Positions 10,501 through 22,500 of a stretch of DNA of 64,000 bases are shown here, piece by piece (the first letter of the stretch is position 1; the number at the start of each line of letters is the position of its first letter). Made by a program: the position numbers and the translations under genes. This DNA is from Squalus acanthias (lineage: Eukaryota). Where the stretch lies: positions 85,872,001 through 85,936,000 of the forward strand of contig CM059432.1 of the NCBI GenBank assembly GCA_030390025.1, in the 5' to 3' direction. The notes beneath the pieces were generated by a model, which made no database searches, was not told the origin of the DNA, and saw only the letters and a list, made by a program, of their open reading frames with translations.

Positions 10501-13500
10501 GGCAACCCTCTCGTATTTTGCCCTAGTGGTCATTATTCACGTGTAAGCCTAGACTGTGAATGTTACACACTGTTTGACTGAGAAGGTCCTTACAGCCAAG
10601 CCCAAACCTCTTCTCACATATGTTGTACACTGGATAGTGATCAGGAGAAGGAACCCTGACTGACTTTTTTTTATCCTCCCTAGACCAGGGAGCTGGGGTC
10701 AATTATAGCGTCCAAACTGAAGCTAATTCAGCAGAGACTGACCCTGTGACATTTTGGTGCTATATCATGTGTGTGACGTTATCTACTAAGTCTCAAGATT
10801 CTATGTTGGCTTATTCAGAAGCAGACACCAGATCCCAGATCAAATCCAATTTAATTTCTATTTTCTCAGTTTTCGGGTCAACTGCATTACTGCAAACCAG
10901 ATTATTGCATAAAAGGCAAGTCTTCGCTCTCTCTCTTTTGAGTCAGAAGGTTATGGGTTCAAGCCCACTCCAGGCCTTTGCGCATAATTAGGCTGACACT
11001 TCAGTGCAATACTGAGCCAATGTTGCATTGCCGGAGGAGCAATCTGTCTGTTCTGGTGGGTTTAAAAGATCCCATGGAACTCTGCAAAGAAGAGCAGGAA
11101 GTTCTCCTGGTATCCTGGCCAACGTTCCTACAGCACCCAACACTACCAAAAGCCAAGTAACTGGTGATTTATCTAATTTAATGTTTGTGAGAGCCTTTTC
11201 TGTGCGAATTGTCTACCTTGTTTACCTTCACTACAACAGTGCCTTCTGTTTTATTACCTAGGTGGATTTCATGGCTTTTAAAAAGTGGTTATCGGGAGCC
11301 AATTAAGATGGAGATTCTAGGAAAACTCTCTCAGGTTGTTTTTTGTTTAGCACTGTTTCTTGTTAGAATGTAGACTTTTTAGAAAGGTTCATGTATAATA
11401 CAAAAATGGAATTATACACACCCTATGTAAAAACAGTTAAAAAATTTTAAACTTCTACTGGCGTTAGTGCAAAAATTTAATTCCAGGCAAGTTGAGGTAC
11501 TTTAGAGAAACCTGGCTGTTTTTGGCCTTTTCTAACCCAGAGTGCTGAAGTCAATTTTGGTGCCGCAACCACTGCCCTTGGTAGGATTAGCACAGACCAG
11601 GCTTGAACCTGGATCTTTTGGTACCACACCATGCATTTAACTTCCTCTTTCTATCTCATCACACCCTTAAAATTATAAGAAATAAGGTTAGCCAGATGGG
11701 ATCTCAATTATTTTGTTTGTTTTGGGTTGCATACTCTAAGAAGCATAATAATTCATCAGTGTGCACTATAGACAACATTTCATTAATTTCATTTATAAAT
11801 GATCATAATCTACTGTGAAAATCTTATGTTTATCATTTTGTTAGCTCCACCATTTGAATGTATCATTCTTGTCAGATAAGTCAATTTGTATGTGTAGAAG
11901 GAATTATATTAGTAAAAAGGTAAATTCTGGAGCATTTAAAACAAAAATGTAAACAGAATTTTGAAATGTTATCCACAGGCAAAATTAGAATTGTTTTTCT
12001 TTTTATCTGAGAACGTTGGCTATTTAATAGTTTTCTCCCCCCTCCCCCCCTTTCCTGCCCCTGCTCCCTACACTGAAGGCTTTGGGTGTGCATCCATTGC
12101 CACCCTTGGGTGCCAATCTATTGCTATCCTTAGGTGCCTTGTCTAAAGGACCATTTTCCTGTGTGAGTGTAGCCTTGGTGTTGGCAGTCTAAACTTTAAA
12201 ATTGCCCAATCTTATGTTTGTATTTTCTTTTTAGGAAGAAACTGCACAGAAAAATTTTGATTTATTAAAGATGCATTATGATAAGCAAAAGGTAAGTAAG
12301 CTTGTATGAAATCCTTGGGATCTAGATAATGGTGTGTATTTTTTGTAAAGGAGGATGATGCTTTGAGCTTAAATTAATGCTTTTTATTATGAATTTTAGG
12401 AAAATAAACCTTCAGGAACAGCAGGGTCGCGAGATCTAGGAAAGGTTTATTACAAGGCTTTTGGGAGGCCTTTCCTGATAGCAGCATTTTTGAAGATTGT
12501 AGGCGATCTGGCAGGGTTAGGTGGGCCACTCTGCATTGATGGTATTCTCAGATTTGTGGCTGCAGAGTCAAAGGAATCGGAGAAGGTAAGGGTTCTTGTA
12601 TGTTTTTCTGCGCTAACCATACCTACCATTGAGAATCTGGCCATGTGGCCCAGATGCAGGGCATGGTAATATAGTGGTTATGTACAGGACTAGTAACCCA
12701 GAGGTTGTGAGTTTAAATCCCACCACAGTAACTTGTGAAATTGAGTACAATCAATCAATTTTCTTGGGAAAAGGAAAACTTTTCCACCTAACTGAATGGA
12801 TCTCATGTGAGCCAAAGTCTTAACTCTCCAACTCTCCTGGCTTTTGGTGAGAGGACAGTCAATGGTGATGCGTACCTCTGGGAAATGATGATTTACAAAA
12901 AGTAGAGTGGGTAGCAATTCTACAATGCCAAACTTGTAGAAGTACCACATTAGTTTTATACTAACCAACAAAAAAGGATAATACAAGATCTTTCCTTGTA
13001 GCACTCCATGTATTATGTAATACATAGTATTACTTTTTTCATTTTCTTAGTTTTTGCCATTTCCCTCTTTTCACTTGCCTCTCCCCTTGCGGTGTAGCAT
13101 TCTCCAGGCTCACTCTGGGTCTCTTGCAACGCTGGTCTGTATCTCTGCTTGTGTGACTGTTGGCTGATTTGCATGCAGACTTTTTTTAAATCCTCACCGT
13201 CCTTGGAGGAGTGCATGGCTTCCAATGAAAGCCTAGTTGAGAGGGGCAGTCTGCGTCCCACCACTGTGCGGCACACTGCGTTCCCACCCCGGCACACTGC
13301 GTTCACAGGCCTAACTGCAAGACACAGCATTGCCATCAATAAAGTATATACTCTTAAGGCCTTAATCTTGCACGCCTTTTTTAAAAAAAACTGTATGCTA
13401 ATATGACCTAAAATGGTGCTGAATATAAATCTATGACATGTGAAAACAATTAACTATGCCATGTGAAAACAAATAAATGCTCTGAAAGCCAGCACAGGCA

Positions 13501-16500
13501 CGACGGGCCAAATGGCGGCCTCCTGTGCTGTAAGTTTCTATGACATGGGCTTGTCCTAACTAAAGCTGAAGGTATACCCAACATTTCATTAGATTTTTTT
13601 CTGCATATAAAATGTAAAGTACACAAAAGGAATGGTGGCTTTAAAAAATTGTGAATGAAAAAGACATGCATCAAATTTAGGTTGTTGACACTTTATTTGG
13701 TGCAATTTCCAGCATTTTAGGGTCTACTTTAAATCTGCCTTTCAAGACAAATAATTTTATCGTGGTGTTAGATATTTATAAATATAAAAATAAAGTACAA
13801 CCTTAGAGTCCCATTTCTTCCAAAGAGAATTTAACCTCAGATACACCACTTTAGTCTGTGAACTGAAACATATGCACCAATAATAAAACAAACGTCAGAA
13901 CATTCCACATTGACAAAACAAAACTGATTCACTGGCATATCCCAGGCGGAGGATTAACTTGATTAGCGGGTTTATTAAACCATTTTAAACAAACAATTTT
14001 TTTATTTTTAAATATCTTCAAGAAGAATAAGAGGAATCAGTAACATAAGAAACTTTGACATGACTTCTGAAGATGGGCCACACTGAAATCTCTCCGTTTC
14101 TCTTTTAGATGCTGAGCAACCTGCTGTGCATTTCACCCCATTATTAATATCACTCCAAGTTTTCTTGTGGTTATTACAGCTATAACACAGATTGTGCAGG
14201 CTGTCTCCATGGTTACTGCATGTTAATTACAGCGTCAACAAGTGCTTAAAAATGTTGGCATAGAAATTGGGCTGCTTATTGCCACCCGTTTGCGCTGCTA
14301 TCCTGGCAAAAAATGACGGCCGCCAATCTAGCACCCTTCTCTGGCGCGGGACTCGGCGGCTGCCATTTTGGTGAGGGCTTTAGCACTGCGGATAGCAACA
14401 ATGGCCCAGGAGATGTAAATGAATGTGACGTCAGTCGGTGTGCAGTGCCGACTTGACGCTACGTCTGCAAACTTCGACCGTAGCGCTGAGTTCAGCGCTG
14501 GGTCCTAAGTTCGCTCTGAAAACCGAGCGTTCAGCAGACTGACAGCTTCTTAAAGGGACACACATCTTTCAGGTAAGTTTGCACTTAAGATTTTGGACTG
14601 GATTTTTTTTATTTTATTGAAGTAGTGCCTTAGTGCAATACATGTTAAAAGTTTTTTTTTAGTGTGCAGGGAGTGCTGCTGGATGCTTGCAAGGCCTTGG
14701 ATGATAAAGGAAGGCCTCGGAGAACACAGAAAATGCTGGAAATACTCAGCAGGTCAGGCAGCAACCGTGGAGAGAGAAACGGAGTTCACGTCTCGGATCA
14801 AGCTGCTGCCTGACCTGCTGAGTATTTCCAGCATTTTCTGCTTTTATTTCAGATTTACAGCATCTGCCCGCAGAGGGAAGAGGAAGATGCAGAAGAGGAG
14901 GACGCAACCCAGGCAGCCCCTTCTGGCTGGGATATCCGGGATGGGAGGTGTGCCTCATGTTTGGTACAGATTGTTGGTAGGTGAGTGATTTGGTGGGGGG
15001 TGTCGTGCATTGAACAGTGTGTGAGGATAGTGGTGCAGTTGGTAGGGGACCGCTCTTGAAGATGCAGTCACTGACCATTGGTCTGAGGCCATGAAGCTTC
15101 TTGGGCCCTGGAGCCAGGTGGTGGGGGTGACACTGCTGGCAGTGACGGCCTCGGTCATCTGGTCCCACATGCTTTTTTCGGGAGGGCCTCCTGGCCCCTG
15201 TGGGTAGAGGACCTGTCTTGCAGTGTTGACCAACTGCACAAAGTTGGAGTGTTGTGTGCGAGACCCTTGGTGCCCCTTTCCTGGCTTGCTGAGTCATTTG
15301 AGTTAGTGCTGAAGCACTTTTCCCTTTTTTTGGTGCGGAAGGGAATTCAGCTTTGAGTTGAAGACTCCCTTTTGGGAATTATTTTAATGTTAATTTTATT
15401 TCAGAAGGCATTTGAGCTGTAAGGGCTGAAAACTGCCTATTTTTACATGATTTTAATTTTTTTAATTTCAGAAGGCAATTCCCCTTTGAGACCGAACTGC
15501 TTTCTGAAATGACAGCCTCGCTTTCACAGAAGGCTGTTTTTGCTGCAATAACGCTGTGGCCATGCTACATTGGGGCCTCCTGCCGGGATGAACAGCAACA
15601 GGATGGCGTTGCACAGTGAGTTTAGCACTAGGCTAATGTTAATTAGTCCCCAACGACAATTTACCAGTCCTGCCATTTTTGGCGGCTGTTAACAGCGGCC
15701 CGCAGTGGCACCGGCAGGTTTTTAATGTTGTCGAATTTTTAGCCCAACGAAAACCACTTTCAAATTTGCAGAATATTATGACTTTCACAGTAACAGACCA
15801 GCAACCTACATAATTGATCACAGAGGTTTACTGGAATGGAATCCACATTTAAAAAGAAAATGAACTATCTATCCTGAAATAGACATGAAACACAGTTATG
15901 CTAGCACCCGTTCTTGCAGATTATTAGAGCGCCTTGCACACTGCACTCCTCCTTTGTGTGACCAGAACAATGGGCTAGAAACTCATTATAGCCAAGGAAT
16001 GGGCAGTGTTTAGACTAAAAATGGTTAAGTAGCGCCAGTTGAAAATCATCTGGGCTGCACGCAAAGTTCATCCTCATTAAATGATTGCCATCATGATTCT
16101 AGTTTAAAAGCTCAAGCTCATTGGCATTACACTGAAAAGATGGACAATATCGGGGACAGTCTAAACGTAAGCAATGATTGCCACAGACTTTTTTCACTAC
16201 TTAAAGGGGAGGTTCATTGATGCTGCAGCTGCCTCAACAACCATAAGAAGAAGAACATAAGAAATAGGAGTAGGAATAGGCCACTTGGCCCCTCGAGCCT
16301 GCTCCGCCATTCAATAAGATCATGGCTGATCTTGGGCTCAAAGCCACTTCCCTGCCCGCTCCCCATAACCCTTCACTCCCTTACCTTGCAAAAATCTGAT
16401 AAGATGCAAAAATCTGATAAGGACAAGGGGAAGGGGCACTTATTTACAAATCCTGATGGCAGATCGCCGCCCCAGGGAGAGAGCCCTGAGGTTTTCCGAT

Positions 16501-19500
16501 GAAGCTTTGGTTTTAGCGGTGGAGAGAAGGCAGGCAGTCCTGTGCCTGTCAACTGGCAGGAGGCTCTCGCCACAAGTCTGCCGGACTATGGAGGGAGGTG
16601 GCGCACCACGTCATGGGCAGCATTGTGGTCCCCAGGACCCACAGTGCAGGAAGCAGTTTAACGAGCTCACGGGTGGTCAGGGTGAAGTGAAGGCTTCAAC
16701 AAATGCTACATACCACCATCTATACCACAAGCTTCACACACTGCTCAATGCACCGCACCCCCAGCACTCACCCACCAACAATCTCTACCTAGCAACACTC
16801 ACACCTTGCACACAATGACAGCTATTGAACTGTGGCAGGCACAAGGGTCATTAGTTATTAGAATTCATGTGATATGTTTATAGATAAATTTATTATTAGT
16901 GTTTGGAATATTTTGTGGTCTCTCTCATTTCACCTTTGCGCCCAGGAGGACGCTGTGATATGGTGTGAGACAGGGATTGTATGATGGGGATGTGGTGAGC
17001 TACGGGGATCTGGGGTTTCAGTTATGCGAATTGGAGTCTGATGAGCCGGTCATGGACAGCCCGTCCGGAAGGCCGATTGTCCTACTGCCTCCGCTCCCTC
17101 CGCTGGAGGGCGAGGTTCACTGCCAGTACAGCCCCCATGACTTTTAGCAAGTGTTGTAGGTTGAAGCTTTTCAGAAATAATTATGGAGTTTTGTACTTGC
17201 CACAACACTCCCTGATGCCAAAGAACCTTGAAATGAATAAAGAAAACTCTTCCAGTAGCAGGAAGTAGCACACAGCCACTCAAACTTCAAAAACCTGTCG
17301 GATCCAAATGATTGGTGATGATCCCTTTAAATAGCGTCGCTGGAGCCGGCTTCCTGCTGCTGCACGCCACCTGAAGCTGTTGTCGTTTTCTCCAGCCGGT
17401 ATGTTCATTGGCTGCATCAAGTGAGCATTGCACACTCACTGACGTCACGATATCTGTGATGGCAAGGTCCCCGGCGATCGCATTCAGCGGCAGCGCTACC
17501 AGCAACACTGATAAGCCGTGCGGTGCTGGAACTGGCATCAGGTGGCGTTAAAGCTCTCAACGGCATTTTAGCGCCATCTCGTGGTGCTAACGTGTGGCAC
17601 AAACCACACGAATTTCTCCCATAATTTCTTTGCCAATTGGGATAAATCCGCTAAAATATAAAGCCCACAATGCAGGAACCCTTCCCACCATCCACAGTCC
17701 TAACTAACCCCAGACGTTGGGGTCAAGCTCCCAAAATATCTATGTGAATGCACACTTAATTGTACAATGGCTTCATAAATTATATGTACAAATGTGCATC
17801 TTATATGGCTAAAAGTTTCATAAATTGCAAATGTACAATTTGGGAATGCATTTAAAAGTTCATTAAAAATATAAAGCCCTTCGTGCTCTCAAAACAAACA
17901 AATTAATAGTTCCAAATGCAAGAGGCTGCTTCTGCAGCAGACTGTCCGCAGCTGTACTCCTTCTCACCTGCCTGAAGCTTGTTGGAGATGGGGATTTATT
18001 CTGCAGATGCTCGACCTCTTGGAGGGATTGTAACAAATTGCAATCAGCTTAATTAAGGGATGATGTGACCTGAATTCATGAAAATCATGGGGTAGAAACT
18101 GCTTTTAGTGCGTTTTCGAGTGCAGAATGCGCGACGTGCTTGGAGCGCGTGCCCGATCATGTGGCCGCAAAGAAGATCCAAAATTTGTCGCTATCATTAA
18201 TTTAAATAAAATAGGTGGGCTGCCAATGCTACTCGCTCTGTTCATTGGCAGCCCGCTTAATTGGGGCGCATTGCTAACGCCATTTAAAGGCAGCCTGTAC
18301 CTCTTAAAGGGGAGGTGCACTTTAGCTGCAGGCAACTGTCACTCAAGATTGTGGACAATGGCAGGAATAGCTGAAGTGGCAAGGGACTACCGGTTTTCTG
18401 ACGCTGCTTTGAAGGTTTTGGGGGCGGAGGCCAGCAGGAGGAGAGACATCTTCTATTCACTAAGTGATGGGAAGATATCGAGGCAAGCTGGCCGGCATGA
18501 GTGGGCAGAGGTGGCAGAACGCATCAGTACCAGAAGCAGTGCCCTAGGACATGGCTGCAATGCAGGAAGAAGTTCAGTGACCTCAATGGTAAGCTCAGCA
18601 GCATTCCCATGTTTAGTTTTCAGAACAAGCAAATTCTGTGAAATAGTACTTGCCCTCCACAAACTCACTCTGCAAAAGCATTTAACAGACAAACACTTGC
18701 TAAAACAACCAAAAGCAACCTAGAAGTCTACGACTAACCAGAGACTTAACTTAATGACGGTGAGGATCCCTTTAAATATCACTTGAGAGATCTGCTTGCT
18801 GATTGTTCCAACTGGGCGGGTTAAGGAAGTGATGTTTCAGGCGCGCAATGCCACAAAATTAACAAAAGGGCCCTGATTTAGTCACCGAGCCCTTACTATC
18901 ATATTTAAATAATGCAGGCAGCTGCCGGGAATGCCTGTCGATGCCAGCACCAATATGGCTTCACGCTCACTTCCTGCATGGAACATTGTGCTGCTGAATT
19001 CAACTTCGTGGTACCCATTTTGGACCCCAAAAATGTGCGAGACCCATTGCAATTTCTCCCCTCATACTGTTTTTTAAAACAAAATATAATTTTAAAACCA
19101 ATTAACTTTTTTTGTTTCAGGACATTTAGTGATTGGAGTACAGCTCTCTGGATACTGGTTAGGCATTTAAAAAAAAAAAAAATTATTAGTCTGCATAGTC
19201 CCTTATTTATCACCTCGACAAGTCAATCAGAAGCAATAACCTATTGGAGGCTTTTAATTTCATTGCTGACCTGATTGAACATCTACAGTTCCATCACCAG
19301 TGTGATGGCACATCCTTCTGAAAGTTGTTGAAAACTCCATTTATCCTGTCCTTCACGCAATTATTATCTAGGAAACTTAAAAACTCTATTTTCAAGTATT
19401 TGTTTTTTATCCCCAAAAAAGGTCCAAACCCTGTAAATTGAGGTATTTCAGCATTAATTCTATGTTTCACTATTGTGCAATGTTCAAGTTGAGTAGAATG

Positions 19501-22500
19501 AGTGACTGTGTCCGTGCTGTCAGTTTGCATGTGCTGTTTCAGTTATTGCCTCTTATCTTCCTCTTACTAACAGCGCCTGTGTATTTATCTGTTGAGCACG
19601 GAAACTAATGGTTTATGGTGCGGCTATCCACAGCTCTCTGGAGGAAATTTGAATGAGCTGATTTTCGTCAGTAAGTGTGGACAAGCAGATATGAGGGTCC
19701 TAAAGCTGATTGTCTATGGAAAACAAAGTTGGTCTGCATAAATGTATGTATATGCTTGTGAAGAGGCATTGGCCATCTTTAATAGTCTAATTAATACTGT
19801 TCTATATCCTCACTTTACACAGGGAATACATTTCGTGAGTTTCTGGGAATTTACTAGTAACGGCTATGTATTGGCGTTCTTGATGCTGTGTACAGTGCTC
19901 CTTCAGAACTTTTGCTTACAGATATCATATTACATTGTTATCCGGGATGGAATACACGTGAAAGCAGCTCTGCAGGTAAGGTGCCTTTTTCTTTCTTCCT
20001 CTCTCTCCCTTCAGCTCATTTTCTCCATCCTGTCTCCTCTTCTAAAGGTGTTGACTTCTTTCTAGGGTCTGATTCTATGGAAGCCCAGTGACGACCTATG
20101 CCTCACCAAAATGGCCATTCTTCAGACAGAGTCTAGACAGTATGTAGGCGATTCAGCTGTGGGGGCCTGATCCTATCCTCACCTGGCATCCAACAGCACA
20201 TTCACCAGCAGTTTTTGGATAGCAATCGGGAGCCTGAATCTTGGGGCTGGATTTTCTGGGGGTCAGCGGGTGTAATCGGTGGCAGGTCGGGTGGGAAAGT
20301 TTTTTTTTCCCCCCCGAGCAGGTTGGGACCCCACTGTGAACCCGCCACTACGCGCCTTTCCCCAATGTTGGTTCTGTCAGCTCTGAGCAGTGGCGTGTTC
20401 ACAGTGGGGGACCCAATTCAGGTAATTAGTGGCTTGTTTAAAGCCACTTAAGGATGGATTTCAGCTCACCTTCTGCATTTGGCAGCTCCCCCACGGGGTC
20501 CACACTGGTCATGGGCCACGTCTGTGAAGCTGAGGTGAGAGTTCAGTGGCCATTGAATCAGCTGTTGTATTGACAGCTTCAAATGTACAGTAAAAGCTCC
20601 CACCTTACAGAGATATCTTCCCTCAGCCACAAACTCTTCCTCACTGCATTGCCACAACAGATTCACCATGCTGCAAGTCTTTACACAAGTCTCCATCCAG
20701 TCTGCCCTCATTACCTCTCTCGCCATTCACAGATCGCTTCTGTCATCTCTACTTCACCTGCCATCTATTCCATCAGCATGGGTGCCCTTTATACTCTCTC
20801 ACCTTGGCCCTCAGAATCCCACCACGATCAGTCCCAACACCAGCAGCACCAGGCACACCAGCAGCACCAACAACACCACCAACCTCCGCAAACACCTGAT
20901 GCTGCACAGGACACATTGCTGCCAGGGATGGCCTCACCATGGCCGGATTTACTTCACTTGATGCTGTACACCCTGGCTGCCACATGATGCGCCAGGTTGG
21001 CACCACCCCACACCAACACTATAAAGCATCCCTACAATGCCCAAGCCATTACTTCACACTCATCACCATTGCGGGGGTACTGTTATGTCTCATCATTCAC
21101 TGCAACTCACTAAACCACTTCCAAAGGTGCACACAAATCTGTCCAAGAACACACACTGTTGAAAATAAAGGTTTCAATGTTTGACACCACATTAACAGAA
21201 ACTTTACATGAACATTGCATAAAACACCCAAGTGCCTACCCTTGTGTGTTGTTAGTTGGTATGATTGGACTAGGATGAGGGTGAGTGTGAGGGGTGGCTA
21301 GTGAGATGGGATGTGATAATATAGAATAGAGCGGGCTGGGTGGAGGTGCAAGGTAAGTTAGTGTGAGTAAGGATGTGCAGGAGTAGGGTAGGGAAGGCAG
21401 AGTGATGGGGATGAGGTTGAGTGTGGCTTTGTACTACCGTTTCGTGATCTACTGAGATCATTGAAAGGTTTGCGGCACTGCACCCAGGTCCTCCTGACCA
21501 CATCCCTGCTTGTGCCCTCCTCTGCCATGTGTAACCAGGTTGTGTTGGTGTCCTGGGGCGATGTCTTCTGCCCATCGGATGGGAAGAGGACCTGTGTGCT
21601 GTGACTCCCTCCATAAGCATTTACTGATAAGCATATGGAGGTATTCATGGGAGAGCCTGGGTGCAGCCCTGCACCTCTGCAGTAATTGTTGGTGTTTGCA
21701 GCACATCAATGCTGTAGAACACTGACAGTACAAATGTCAGAATAAAGTTGGCCATGGTCCCTTTTAAGGAAACTGGCTGATGACGTGTCATCAAATGACG
21801 TCATCAGACCCGCTTCCTCTAATTGGCCGGCAAACACGCTGGGCGGGCTTAACAAACCCAATCTAGGGAAAGTCATTTCAGAGGCCAGGATGGAGACAGC
21901 AGAGGGATCGGGACCTGCCATCAACGTCGCCCACCATGGACCCGTCAGAGTCAGCAAAATCATGGCCTTGGTTTCGCTCTCCCACTCTTTCTTCTCCCCC
22001 CCCCCCTTCGTTCTCTTCCCCTTTTCCTTTTCTCTTTCCTCCCTCCCCTTCTCTTTCCTCCCTTCCCCATCTCTTTTCCCTGGGAGGAGGTGCAGCACAG
22101 ATTCACGAGAATTATACTAGGGGTAAAAGGGTTAATTTAAGAGGGCAGGTTGCTGCCTAGGCTAGGCTTGTATTCGCTTGAATATAAAAGATTAAGGGGT
22201 GATATAATTGAGGTGTTTAAGATGATTAAAGGTTTTGATAGTGTAGATAGGGCAAAACTTATTCTCTGCTGGGGGAGTCCAGAATAAGGGGCATAACCTT
22301 AAAATTAGAGCTAGGCCATTCAGGGGTGATGTCAGGAAGCACTTATTCACACAAAGGGTAGTGGAAATCTGGAATTCTCTCCCCCAAAAAGCTGTTGAGG
22401 CTAGGTCAATTGAAAATTTCAAAACTGAGATCGATAGATTTTTGTTGGGCAAGGGCATTCAGGGTTACAGAACCAAGGTGGGTAGATGGAGTTAATATAC

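Noticed and set aside
13013..13406. Overlapping ORFs in a GC-richer patch
   Set aside because: No recognisable domain or splice-compatible SUR homology; probably an unclassified repeat.
20583..20987. Gln/His-rich ORF as a host gene
   Set aside because: Lies within a Harbinger derivative; low complexity and no spliced host context.
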